From contig NMRA01000352.1 of assembly GCA_002633005.1 (NCBI GenBank), positions 230,626-294,625 of the forward strand: a stretch of 64,000 nucleotides of DNA, in the 5' to 3' direction. Of the stretch, positions 26,765 to 38,900 are shown in pieces. The stretch comes from Phoronis australis (Eukaryota; Animalia; Phoronida). Each line of letters starts with the position of its first letter. Position 1 is the stretch's first letter. The notes beneath the pieces are model-generated. The model searched no databases, was not told the DNA's origin, and was given only the letters and a program-made list of their open reading frames with translations. Position numbers and translations under genes: made by a program.

Positions 26765-26860
26765 GGGCGTTTCCAGTAATTGCCATTCACTGACAAAAGC
26801 AGCTGCAAACGCCAGCAGACGAAGTGGAAAGTACAGTGTGACGACGTTCTGTTATCGACA

Positions 26861-29800
26861 ATGGCAGATTCAGGTGAGTGGGACCACCGCGTACGCACTT
26901 ACATTTATATTTTCTTATTCAATTCAATATAACTGTCTAATTGTTTATTTAAATCTAACCAGATTTTTATTCATTGATGATGTTTACCGTCGCTATCGAC
27001 AAATATTCGGGTACAAAAGTGTCAAGTAAAATTTCTTGCGAGATAAGGAGCTCTTAGTAATCTCAATATTGAACACGGTTCACCTCAAAGAAGTGATACG
27101 CTCCCTTGATCACCTTGGGTTCAATCTTAACTTTTTCTTCAGCTAAAACGTGTATGATCGAAGCAGTGTGCAAGAAGGACGTCCCTGCGTGTACTTCTCC
27201 TGCCAAATGCGGTCCGTGGGAGTCTTGCAAATGTGCAGGTAAAATGATACAATGCTCATTGTGAATAAACACAGGCATGCAATAAATTTAAACAGTTTGT
27301 TTACCGTCACATCATGTCGCGCCGCATCTGTCTTTGATTTTCTTGTAAGAAGGTGGGCAGAAACCAGCCTTAACTTTTAACTTCGAGGATCGCGGTCGTT
27401 TGAGCTGCAACAGGTGACTCCAGAACAAGGGATTCCGGCCTGTTTCGGCCAACACAAGGGACTTTTTTCTTTTTGAAAAACATCATGCCGAATCAATTTT
27501 CAAAAAGGCAATCCAGAACTGATTATGCGATTTTTGTTAGCCTTAAATCGTCAAGCCCAACACCAGAACTTATTGCTATGATGTACTACCAACACGACAT
27601 AACAGATTTTTTTTCAAAATAAAAACTAAATGTTCAAATTTTAAGTTTAAATTTACAATTTCTAGTGCTGACTGGCATAAATGGCTGCCTGGCATATTTG
27701 ATTAACACCGAACTGCGATTAGAAACACAACCCCGATCATTACGGGACATTGTAAATTGAATTTAGACACAACAACATGTGTAGATATACTACTTTACAG
27801 CAATCAATTTGCCCTCAGTACAGTTATCTCCCTTTTCACCAGTGCTGAACACCATGGGATACTTGCCTCCCGTTCAGTAACGCTAGGACCTCGCTAAAAA
27901 GCAAGACTTCGCGAGATTATGTGAGATATTGCCGTGTATTTTAAATGAGAACATGTGACTTTGACTAGGTTTTAGCTAGGTCCTAGCGTAGGTCCCAGTG
28001 TCTCAGTACTGAACGCACGCCAGGCGCTGTTCAGTAACGCTAGGACCTAGCTAAAATCTTGTCAAAGTCACGAGTTCTCATTCAAAATACACGGCAATGT
28101 CTCATGTAATCTCTAGTCTTGCTTTTTAGCGAGGTCCTAGCGTTATTGAACAGAAGGCTGATGCTCACTGGAAACAACAGCTGGGTAATCACTGAATGGC
28201 AGGCTAAGAATGACAGCCAGCCTCCTTTCAGTTGAATGGCGCGTATCGTAGGAAGGTATGTACGAAGGTATCTAGTTTAACCATTATTACTGTGGTCTCC
28301 TTGTTCGTTGGTAACTACAAGCCAGGATAAGAATGACGGGCTTATGTTTCAACGGTTCCTTTCACCAGGTGGCAGCTGTCAGTGTGGTTGCGGATGTGAC
28401 TCCAAGACCGCCTGCAAGTGCCCCGTCGCGTGTTCATGCATCGTAAGATGCGGTTGCAGAGGTGAGTGGTTTCTATCATCATTTTTATTGTACAGTTATC
28501 GCTGCATTGCTCTGAAAATCTTAAGTAACATCGGGAGATTTCAAAAACATGTGTTCGAAAAAATTCCTATACTGGGGACTACGACGCATTTTCGTAACGC
28601 CAAGAATGAAATCCATAGTTTTCGCAGTATTTTTATGCGTCCACATATAAATATGACGTTCGTTCGTCCTTCCGTCCGTCCGGGCGGCGTCCGTCCGGCG
28701 TCCGGCGTCCGGCGTCCGCTGCTCTGTCTCCAAAACCCTTTGACATACGTTCATGAAATTTGGCACATATGTTCCATTCTTGAATGGGACGGCATATGAG
28801 CGAACTTTTGGACGGATCCGACTACCGATGTGCCCCCCAGTGGCAATTTTAGTTTTTTACGCTTACCTAGTATCTTCAAAAGTCCTGAACGGATTTTCAT
28901 GAAATTTAGTAGGTGTTAGTGAGATGACGCTATCCTCCCGTTTTCGGATAGATTCGACGTAGTTTGCGCCACCTAGTGGCCATTTTTACTGTTTTCGAGT
29001 CTGTTTTTGCGTCCACCCTCTATCAACCAAACCGTTCAAAGGATGATTGTGAAAATTGGCATGTATGTGCTTACTATAAAGAGGACGGCTGACGATGATT
29101 TTCCGACGATTTCGACTACTGTGGCGCCTCCTAGTGACAGTTTTGTTTTTTTGCGCCTATGGGTGTATCTCCTAAACCGTTCGCAGGATCTTGACGAAAT
29201 TTCGTAAGTATATTTATGTTAATAACGGACGACGACAACTTTTGGACAGGTCCGACTACAGGTGTGCCCCCTAGTGGCAATTTTATTTTTTAAGTTTACC
29301 TTTGTGTCTTTAAAAGTCCTGAACGGATTTTCATGACATTTAATATGTAGGCACCTATTAGTGAGGTGACGCTATCCTCCTGTTTTCGAATGGATTCGAT
29401 GTAGTTTGCGCCACCAAGTGACCATTTTTAATGTTTTCCCCTCTATCAACCAAACCGTTCAAAGGATGATTGTGAAAATTGTCATGTATGTGCTTACTTT
29501 TATGAGGACGGTTGACTTGATTTTCCGACGATTTCAACTACTGCGTTGCCTCCTAGTGGCAGTTTTGTTTTTGTTGTGCCTATGGCTGTATCTCCTAAAC
29601 CGTTCGCAGGATCTTTACTTAATTTAAATAGCAAATGTATTTATATGATGTTGACTACGGATGACGACGACTTTCGGATAGATCTGACTACTGCTGTGCC
29701 CCCTAGTGGCAATTTTAGTTTTTTACGTTTAACTCTGCATCTTCAAAGGTCCTCAACAGATTTTCATAAAATTTTAAATAAAGGCATTTATTGGTGTGAT

Positions 29801-31653
29801 GACGCTATCTTTCTGTTTTTGGATGGAATCTAGGTATTTTGCACCACCTAGTGGCCATTTTTGCTGTTTTCAAATCTTGTTTTTGATGTCCACCCCTGTG
29901 TCAACCAAATCATTTGAAAATTGGCAGATATGTTCTCAGTGTGAAGACTACCTTTGATGATGGTGACTGACTACTGTGGTGCCGCCTAGTGGTAGTTTTG
30001 TTTTGCGCCCATAGCTGTATCTCTAAACCCACTGCAGGATCTTTACTAAATTTAGTAAGTGAATTTATATGAAGCTAACAACAGACGACGACGACTTTCA
30101 GGCGGATCCAACGGACACTGTGCCCACTAGTGGCAATTTCATTTCATTTTATTTTGTTTTCCTTTGTTTTTCTGATGTTCCTTGACGGATTTTTATGAAA
30201 TGTGGCATGTTCCTGTTTTTGGATGGATTGTATGTGGCCATTTTTATGACACAAATAAATAACCCTAAAAGCAGACCATTTGCAATGCATTTGTGGGCGC
30301 ATTTCAACGCTCCGCGTTGCTCTTGTTCTAGTAGTATTAGTTTTGGGTGAATACCCTAGAATTTATTAAGACGTTTTGAAGATTCTGTCAACGATTCTGA
30401 CGGAGGGTGAAAAAGAGGATGACATAGGTTTTGAAAGCATAGACAGATGATCTGGCGCTAAAACAAATTCGATAAATTAGGTTTTTCATAGTTTGGGACG
30501 ATATTTAAGGTAAAAATTCACCTACTAGGAACTTGTTTGTGGTTGATTACTCGGACATTCCATCCTCATCTGAAGGTCTTTCAACTTATGGATTATCCGC
30601 GCTTTGTTGAATGGGGTCATGACCACGGACTAGCTGTAGACCTTCGTTTCGGTTCACGGTGGGCTTTCTGTTCCTGATAAAGACGGCNAATACTTCGAAA
30701 ATTCTCATTTTCGGATTTAACGGATTTGTAAACACTCCATACACAAACATCAAACTAACTCAGTACTATTGTTATTGTTCACGTAAAAATTAAAATGACA
30801 TTGTGCGCGTGCTTTCCGACGCAATTTCTATTATTGTTTTTTCCACAACAAAAGTGGTATTAAATTGTCCCTTGCTCGGTTTTGATGCGATCTCTGGAGT
30901 CGGTAAGAACTAAAAATTTGTTACAACTTGGGGCGAAGCTTATAAAATTTCATGTCACGGCGTACCTAAACTGGAATTTTATAAAAAGAAATAACGAACT
31001 GACAAATATGTAATGATGTCTTCAATCAATGCGTGTGCACACTTAGCAGCAAGTCCAGGATTCGAACCCCGGTAAGGAAATATGTCTTTTCGGACTTGAC
31101 AATAATTCACGCGATTTGATCAACATACACGTAAGGCCTATACGAAGACTTAAGGATTCTTATTTAGACGAGTTGTCACTAGAGTTATTTGGATGTCCTG
31201 AAATAAGCTCCAATATGATTGCGGAACAATTTGAGACTAGTTTCATAACTGCAAGAGGCCCTTGAAAATCAAAAACTGCTTTAGACAGAAAGCCCGGATT
31301 TAATGCCAACTTGACATACGTGCGAAAGTAAGCGAACACATAAATTAATACCTTCACACAGGAACTATGATAATTTGGTAAATGGTAAAATTGAATTGTT
31401 CTAATTTATTTTCTTGATCATGCTTTTGGTTTTCATGAAACAGTCACAGCGGAATTATATTTTCATTTTGGTGTTGTTAGGGTTTTAATGAAAGCATTTA
31501 AAAAATTTTGCAGCAGGCGACGAGTGCAAGTGTGGAGTAGGTTGCAAGAAAGGCACTGCTTGCCAGTGTAAGGATGGTTGCCTCTGCCGTTTGATGGAGC
31601 TGGGGAACATGGGAGTCGCCTTCTCAACTTCGGTGTTCGCAAAATTTCGTTAA
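26861..31653 (+). CDS. Metallothionein paralog (MT-B), ~113 aa as assembled; possibly decaying or incompletely assembled
   Basis: Exons 26861-26873, 27143-27238 (KTCMIEAVCKKDVPACTSPAKCGPWESCKCA), 28369-28461 (GGSCQCGCGCDSKTACKCPVACSCIVRCGCR) and 31514(or 31517)-31653 (GDECKCGVGCKKGTACQCKDGCLCRLMELGNMGVAFSTSVFAKFR*). These correspond to MT-A exons 1, 2, 3 and 11. 23 Cys. Confidence 0.72.
27865..28158. mobile_element. Two ~150-bp MITE copies in inverted orientation
   Basis: Element with CGTTCAGTAACGCTAGGACCT...AGGTCCTAGCGTTACTGAACG inverted ends. Forward copy 27865-28024, reverse copy ~28027-28158. Single copies at 50203-50356 and 51925-52083. Confidence 0.75.
28630..30327 (+). mobile_element. 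DINE-1/Helentron-type element with expanded internal core repeats, in MT-B intron 3
   Basis: TTTTTATGCGTCCAC start, (CCGT)/(CCGGCGT) microsatellite, about three ~420-bp internal units with CCYCCTAGTGGC motifs, and a GTGGGCGCAT...GCTCTTGTT end. Absent from the equivalent MT-A intron position (~15555). Confidence 0.7.
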
Positions 31654-32961
31654 ATGACCTAGGTGGTCCTAGATGCCAGAATGAGTTGATATGTTGGGCC
31701 TGATGGTTTACTTACTCGATTCAGAATTATCTGCTGTTCGCTGTCATGTTCCGTTGGTTTGATTCCAGTCTTCTTATTTATTGAATACTGTTGATTTGTA
31801 ATTATACCTAACTGCTTTTATATGCTGTCCATTTGGTGATAATAAAATTGAGTATGCTTTGAAGAACGCTTAAGTTTTATTGTGACGTGGCCACGTACTC
31901 GTACGTAAACAGTTCAGTGTCTGTATAATTTTAAGTTTAAGACCTCCACTTCTAAAGTTTGTGAAACAGGTATCATATTTTAATATGACCCGATGGAAAG
32001 TTTTGTAGTTACGAGAATTGTCTTCTGAGATTTCTGGGAAAATCAGTTTCAGTTTACTTCAAATGTAAATTTATTTAGCTTGGCACACGAAGACTTTGAC
32101 AACTAAGCAGAAGTAAAGTACTCTATATAAACTCTAAAATCCATCGGAATCTCAAAACTTCCTTGTCTGTGTAATAAAACGCACAAGTATATTCTACTCA
32201 ACAAAGTGCATGCATCGATAACGTTATGCCATAGATTAATTTCTATTTAATCCATGGTTATACTTTCCAAAAGTAACCACACACAATAACTTCAAGATTG
32301 TTCAAATTTACAAAATGTTCTTGGAAAATCCTTTGCGTAAACACAATGACGAGATTTCAAACGCTTCACGCATTGTCTCTACGTACATGTACAAATGTAA
32401 AGCACTCCCAAGTTTCCTTTGAACGATCGTCTCCTTCAAAGGACTTCTGGTATTTTCCCCTGAGGAGGTGAACGTTATCTGTTTAGTGTACTTCAGTCAC
32501 ACGGCAAGTCATGTGACTTTCAAATTGTAGAATGATTGACGGTATGACCAAAATTGGCAAGTGCGCAGGCAACGTCCACATCTGAAGGCAAATTCAAGGC
32601 TCGAGGATACCCGAGGTTGAATCAAAGTGCGTCCAACTTTTTCAATGAGTGTGAAAACAGTACAAGCGGCCGCAAGTTCATAAAAGCAAACGTTCATAAT
32701 GAGTTCGATAAAGCTAAAAAAGACTTCTGTAAAAGTACAAAAATAAAACATACAGAAATATTTGGTATTCAGAACCCTATGCACCAAATTTAGAAGTTCA
32801 AGAGTCCGGTGGATCCCACGCTGGAACGCTTCCAATACACTCTAGTTATTGCACTGAGCAAGCCAAGGCAAGGCAACAGTTACCTTGCTTCAACTGGACG
32901 GAAACTAAATATTCTACACTTTTGGAGTACATTTTAGGTTCATCCTCGCGTTCCCATTTGG

Positions 32962-35900
32962 TCAAAACATTCCGACTTGTTCGCAGGTTCTATGAGCAAG
33001 TTTGGTGTGACAGGGCCTTAAACTGACAAATGGTGAAGCTTTCAAGTGATATTTGACGGCACTTAACCAAGCAAAACTAGTTATGCCTACAGAAGCCCAG
33101 TCCGCTTCAGCGACGAACAATTTTGACCAGTATTAATCGATGTCTTCCAGGATACCAGGATGTTGTGCTCCATCCACTAGAGAGTCGGTGATCGACCACG
33201 AAAGATGCACTGGGGTTACAAGGGCATCCTTTAGCATGTCTAGGAAGCGTGGCATATCCGCGTCAGAACGTGTTACTCTAGAGTACAGCCTACAAGAACA
33301 ATTTAAAAGGCGTTCACGATGAAACATATTACAGGCACCCCCCAAGACATACATCCTGTTTTATGACTTAATAGCTCAGTGATTTATTGACCAAAACATG
33401 AAATTGGCAGAGTGATACTTATTTGGATAATGTTCTCATACTCAAAACTCCCCTTTTCACCAAAATAACTTGTCTTGGATTGGCTACTACGAAAATGAAG
33501 ATTATCGTATTTATGTATGAAGGTAAACCAAAGGATCTTAGTTTAACTTACCGCCACGTATTACTGCAGAAATCTTTGACAGACCTGACAACCTGAGGAA
33601 AGGTACTGAAAAGGAGGAAAATTAGCAAAAGTACTTCGTTAGGCCAAAGCACCATTACAGTCATCTGCATTATTTCGTTACAACAGATAAATTTAATATA
33701 CCACTGCGTAGGTGGCGGTGGTTTGAAATTATACATAACGATCTTCCCTCACAATACAAGAAACTACACGTCCAGTACATGTGAAGACGCGACCAGTACT
33801 TATGTTCTTTGAGCGCAGTTGAAATTGCTTCAGAATTTTAGCAGCATGTAACAAGATCACTGCTGCGTCTTGTGGACCCAAAATAGTTGGACTGTAGTTA
33901 GCGCTAGAAATCTTCATTTATGAAACGGAAATGGTGAATTTTATCCCACAATGCAACATCCCAACGTCACCGCGACCCATCACTTCGGCTGGGAAACGCT
34001 TACAAGCTCCCGAGTGAAACACTTGCTTTTCGTGGTGCTGCGTTATTTTGCATTTCTCGCTTGGTTCCTACGGCAAGCTAACACAATCATGAAATGGAAA
34101 CATACTATTTAGCTCAATAAAACTAGCCAGATTTAGAGTTCGCAAATTTCACTGATATACCGTGACATCACCTCAGTGGAAGCCATACCAGCCATTGGAG
34201 CTCAGCCTTTAAACTGCCATGAGTGGGGCCCACATGTACATGTACATGTACATGACACACGTCGCATATGTGCACATACGGGGAATTTGGGATACAGTCA
34301 GGCTTGCTACATACCACGTACTATTATGAAGCTCAACGTCTAGCTTCTATAAGAAGGCGATTTATGCTTCAGCCGTTACGTACTACACTCACTGGCATTA
34401 GTTTCTGCCCGTAAAAACCTCTGCCCTCTATACAGGTGCAGGTTTTTGAAGGCATCACGAACTGAACACAGAGTGCCCGTTTTGTACCCTTTTGACAGGT
34501 TTTAAATTGTTTTGAATTGAAACTAGACACGATTTTACGAGTGTATACAAAGCTTCGATTTTTTTCAATAAACACTTCAATTCCTTATCAACAAAATATA
34601 TTTTGAAAGAAGTCGGTTTTTCGTAAGACTAGAGCTAATGAATATGTCTCGTAAAAAGTGCAACGTGACCTACATTTCCCAGAATGGTCACACGAGAAAG
34701 AAACTGAACTTGTTCCTGTCGGATTACGGCGATCGATCTTAAGCAATAATACCTCATTGTTTTAATTTGTGAACTTAACCATTCAATAAGAGGTTGGAAA
34801 GATTAGTGTTTGTTTTCACGCCCAGTTCCACATGACCGATTTAACAAAACATAGGCAAAGATCGCTGCTCGTTTTCACGCCCATTATCTCCGGTAGCGAC
34901 AAACCTACCTTTCATTCTGCCATCAAATCATCCATCTGCGCTTTAAGTTCAAGTTGAGGTCATGACCTTTTGGTTGGTTATGTTTCAAAAGTTTCCGGGG
35001 ACCACGATTAACTTTTCTGGCTTTAGAAATTTTGGTAACTGAATCAAAGATAGCGATTCACTTCGATGCAAGACACAAAAATGTGGCTTAATTTAAATTT
35101 TAGCTTTCTCAATTGCCAAACTCGAGTCCAGCAACTTTAGAATATTTAAAAAGCAAATGGAGCAACATTAATATTTCAAAAATTTACACTTACCCTGTCA
35201 AAAAGTATATCCCTAAGACTTCAAAACACATTCCAATTCTTGGAAATCCAAACAGAACAGCAAGAATACCAAATTGGGTTAACTGAAACCCTTTCTCTGT
35301 TTCATTAAGGAATGATTCGAACTGGATTAGGTCAAAAGCAACCACAGCAAATCCAGCTACAAGTAACATCTGAAAAGAGATCAACTTATCATGTCATAAA
35401 ATGCGTTTTGAAAAATCTAGGCCTGCTGCGCGGCAGGTTTTGTGAATCAAAATGCCTAAGAAACTCCACTGCCCAGTTGCATGATCCTAAATAGAGACTT
35501 GACTAAGTTCCATAAATCATTTGCGTATTCGTGTCGTTCTTTACCGACAGATGTAATTAACTTTTTCTGTCAGTGTATCCTTATTATTATGATATCCTCT
35601 TTGACTGTTGACATTTTGTTATAATATAATTAAAAAATGATCAATGAAAACAATTAGAGACTTAGTCATTTAATTAGTGGCGTTGCATGAGAAGATACCA
35701 ATTTATTTTCAATAGTTTGATAATTCAATATTAAGTTCATACGGTCCAGTGTGTATCAAAGTCAAAAAACACAACATAAATGAAAATAAAAATAAAACCA
35801 TTGAGAATGTTTCATGCAACCGGGCATATGAGCACATGTATTCAGAGCAAAAGTTCTGGGACTTTGGAAAAAATAAGGAATGTAGAAAATCCACATTGTG

Positions 35901-38900
35901 TTCATGTATTATATAACTTATTGTATGATATTGCAAGCTTCGTGATCACAGTAGAATTATAGACCCTCTTTGGTTCATGATCACACGTCTGCATCTTCGT
36001 GCTGAATTTGAGATCGAACCTGTAGGTACATTCGTAACACACTTCTATAGGCTCAAACTTCACGGAAATTCCCAAGGTGTTCCGCATGACTTTGGTACTG
36101 TGTCAGAGTGCGAACAATATGGAAAGTAACGTAAATTTTGATGAGTTTGCTAAAACAACACTTACGTGTATCAAAATCAACAATGTATGATTCCATGGGA
36201 ACAGTAAGCCAGGGAGCGCGGTGAACAGTACAACTCCTGACATTCCGAGACATATCTGGAGTTTTGGACTGTAAGCAACATAACACAATTATATGTCCGT
36301 TGGAATACAAATAAATTTGTAGAGATGGCATGAGAACAACGTTATAGAGCTTGCTACACCGACTAGGCTAGGCTAGGCTAGGCGAGGTGGTTTACCCCGC
36401 GCGGTCTTTTAGGACATCAAAGGAATTGTGGCGACAGCATCAAGCATCAAGTGAAGCCTAATTCACAAAGACGAGCCCAAGTTGAGTGAGAGCGTAAATC
36501 TTTGTTAGAATGTAGGGCGCCTGTAAATATTTCCACCAATAATTAGGTTTGAGGTATTGGAATCACGAATGGTACGGCAATGCACTGTCTGCGGGTGATC
36601 GCGGTGAGGGAGGTGTAATTTGTACATGCAACTTATAAGCCACGTGCGGCTTATGGTTTTACAGTAATAGCTATAAGTCAGTATAACTATATTCAGTAGA
36701 AGTGAAATAATCGGTGCATGAAATGTGGTGCACCTTTGCTTCTATTTCCGCAAAATCTGCGTTGTCAGTAACCCTTTACCTCGCTGGTTGTTGAACCATA
36801 TCAGACCTTCAGGAAATTTACTTGCAATAACCTCAGTTGAGTATAAGTTAGGTGTTCAGGTATAACGTCCAGCAAACAAAGCGTTCTGGTAATAGTTAAC
36901 CTCCAAACTCTGCATAAGCGAGTAGTAATAATCAGTTTATCGGATTTTCCAAGCAGATTTGGCCATTGAAGGAAAGCGAGCAATGTACAGTTATGCCCCT
37001 GACCTAGACTGAGAACGTTATGAGCTTTCCGAAAACAATTTAGTTTTAAGTTCACGCTTAAAATCAATCAAAAGTAAGCATGAGTATTAAAGTGAACACA
37101 ACATGACTCTAGTACCTCAAAATAAATTTTATTATTATATCTTACTTGATTTCAGTTCCTTTAGTGCACAGCTCATAAAGAAACACGCAAAAATTTAAAA
37201 AATAATTATTATGCACAACGTCATGGGTTGAACACAAGTCGTTCGCCAAACTGTTTGGATCAGAGACAAAGTGTATAGAGTGAAGAGAAAGCAAAGTACA
37301 TTTAGCGTCGAGAAGGTTCGTAGAGGGATCAAAAGATGAGTTTCCGGAGGCTTCAGTAACAGCAGCCAGGCGGAGAACGTCTGTTCCGAAGGACACCAAA
37401 GTTGCGCAGAAGTGGCATCGCTTCGTGGGCCGAACGAGAGTGTGGGACGTCATCGTGGACCAAGCGATTCGGTCCGGGGTCACTCTGTGTTCTGCCCACT
37501 TTGAGGACTCGCGTTTCGACTCCAGTCACAGGAGACGTTACGATAAAGGACAATATTTATCATTCAGAGACATCAGCTCAGGATCGTCTGTTGGCTGACT
37601 GGGTTGACTCGCCGAGCCCGAGGCCGCTTCTCCCGCGGGAGGATCCAGTTCGTAAGGCTCAAAGTAGAAACGTACGCAGCCGGAAGCACATTAAACTGGT
37701 TCTCGCTTTCGTGCAACCCCATTTCCTCATCCTGGCCACCATTCCCGTACGTTTTTTCATAGTATTCGTTCAATTCTTGCTCATAATCGTCGTCGCTTTC
37801 AAATTCCCTGCTCTCCGCCATTGTTCAATGCTATTCACTGAATCTCTTGTGTTCAACCATGACGTCACATGGCGGGAAATGTGAAAATTGGCAAAATTGA
37901 AAGAAAAATCAAAATTTCGAGCTAATTGCACAAAGTAAACATGGGTTTAGCTAAATTTTACGTCATACATATAGTCTGTGGCCACCGGTAATTCAAAATG
38001 TGCAAAAATCCGTATGAGGAAGCTGGGCACTTCTGGAAATCAACTTCTCATCTTGCACTTCAACTTAGTAATTAGTGAATAAAGGCTTAGCAAATTAATT
38101 ACGAGCGCATCACAGTCTAGAAACAAATAACGGAAATTATCACAAAAACTAACAGCTGCTCACTGAGATTTTGCACTTTTGCTCAAGCTGGAGATTTAAT
38201 TATTTTCCGAAATTATTGAGTGAAGTCTAAGACCAAAACGCCTGACTTGAAAGTCTGACGTCACTTTTCATGAAACAGGTCCCAAGACTCATTCTCAGAT
38301 GCTGCTTTGCCGAGACCTGTGGAACCAAGTTGAAGCTATGGCCATACGTGTTCTTAACAGGAAAACGTGAATTTTTCTATATTCAGCATGAACATTTTTC
38401 CTTCATCCAGGCCACAATATTAGCAAGACACTGTTCGATTCACACAATTGTCTGAGAGTGACGTCATACAGGTTTACAGGTATTTCAATGTACATCAAAC
38501 ATCTTAAAATTAGTTAGCAGAATGTGACGATATCAAAAAGTATCAGCTACGTGTAACATTTCAAAGTGCGCATCCACAAACTACGTGAATGGATGCACTA
38601 AAACTATCGTTTTTTAGAAATGACGGATCGCGCCAACGTCTTGTACTTTCAAGTTTCTTCTGTCTAATTTAGTTTCTTCTTCATGCACGGAAACAAAACC
38701 TAAGGGTCCGTTCCATAGACGAGATACAATTGTGAAAACGCAAGGTATCATCCCGCATTACAAACAAAGCAATGATTAATGTTGGTTCACTGGCGAGTTG
38801 CGTCTACGGATCTATGCCTGCACGTCTTTCAATTTCTTTGCTACGGTTTCAAAGCAGTAACAACAAATAGAAGTGGAAACAAATAAACTCACTCGTCCGT

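Noticed and set aside
34635-34737. Candidate gene Y exon SIAVIRQEQVQFLSRVTILGN
   Set aside because: Weak acceptor that is absent in the duplicate copy. Exon 33552-33605 has better splice sites and matches gene X. It could still be an alternative exon.
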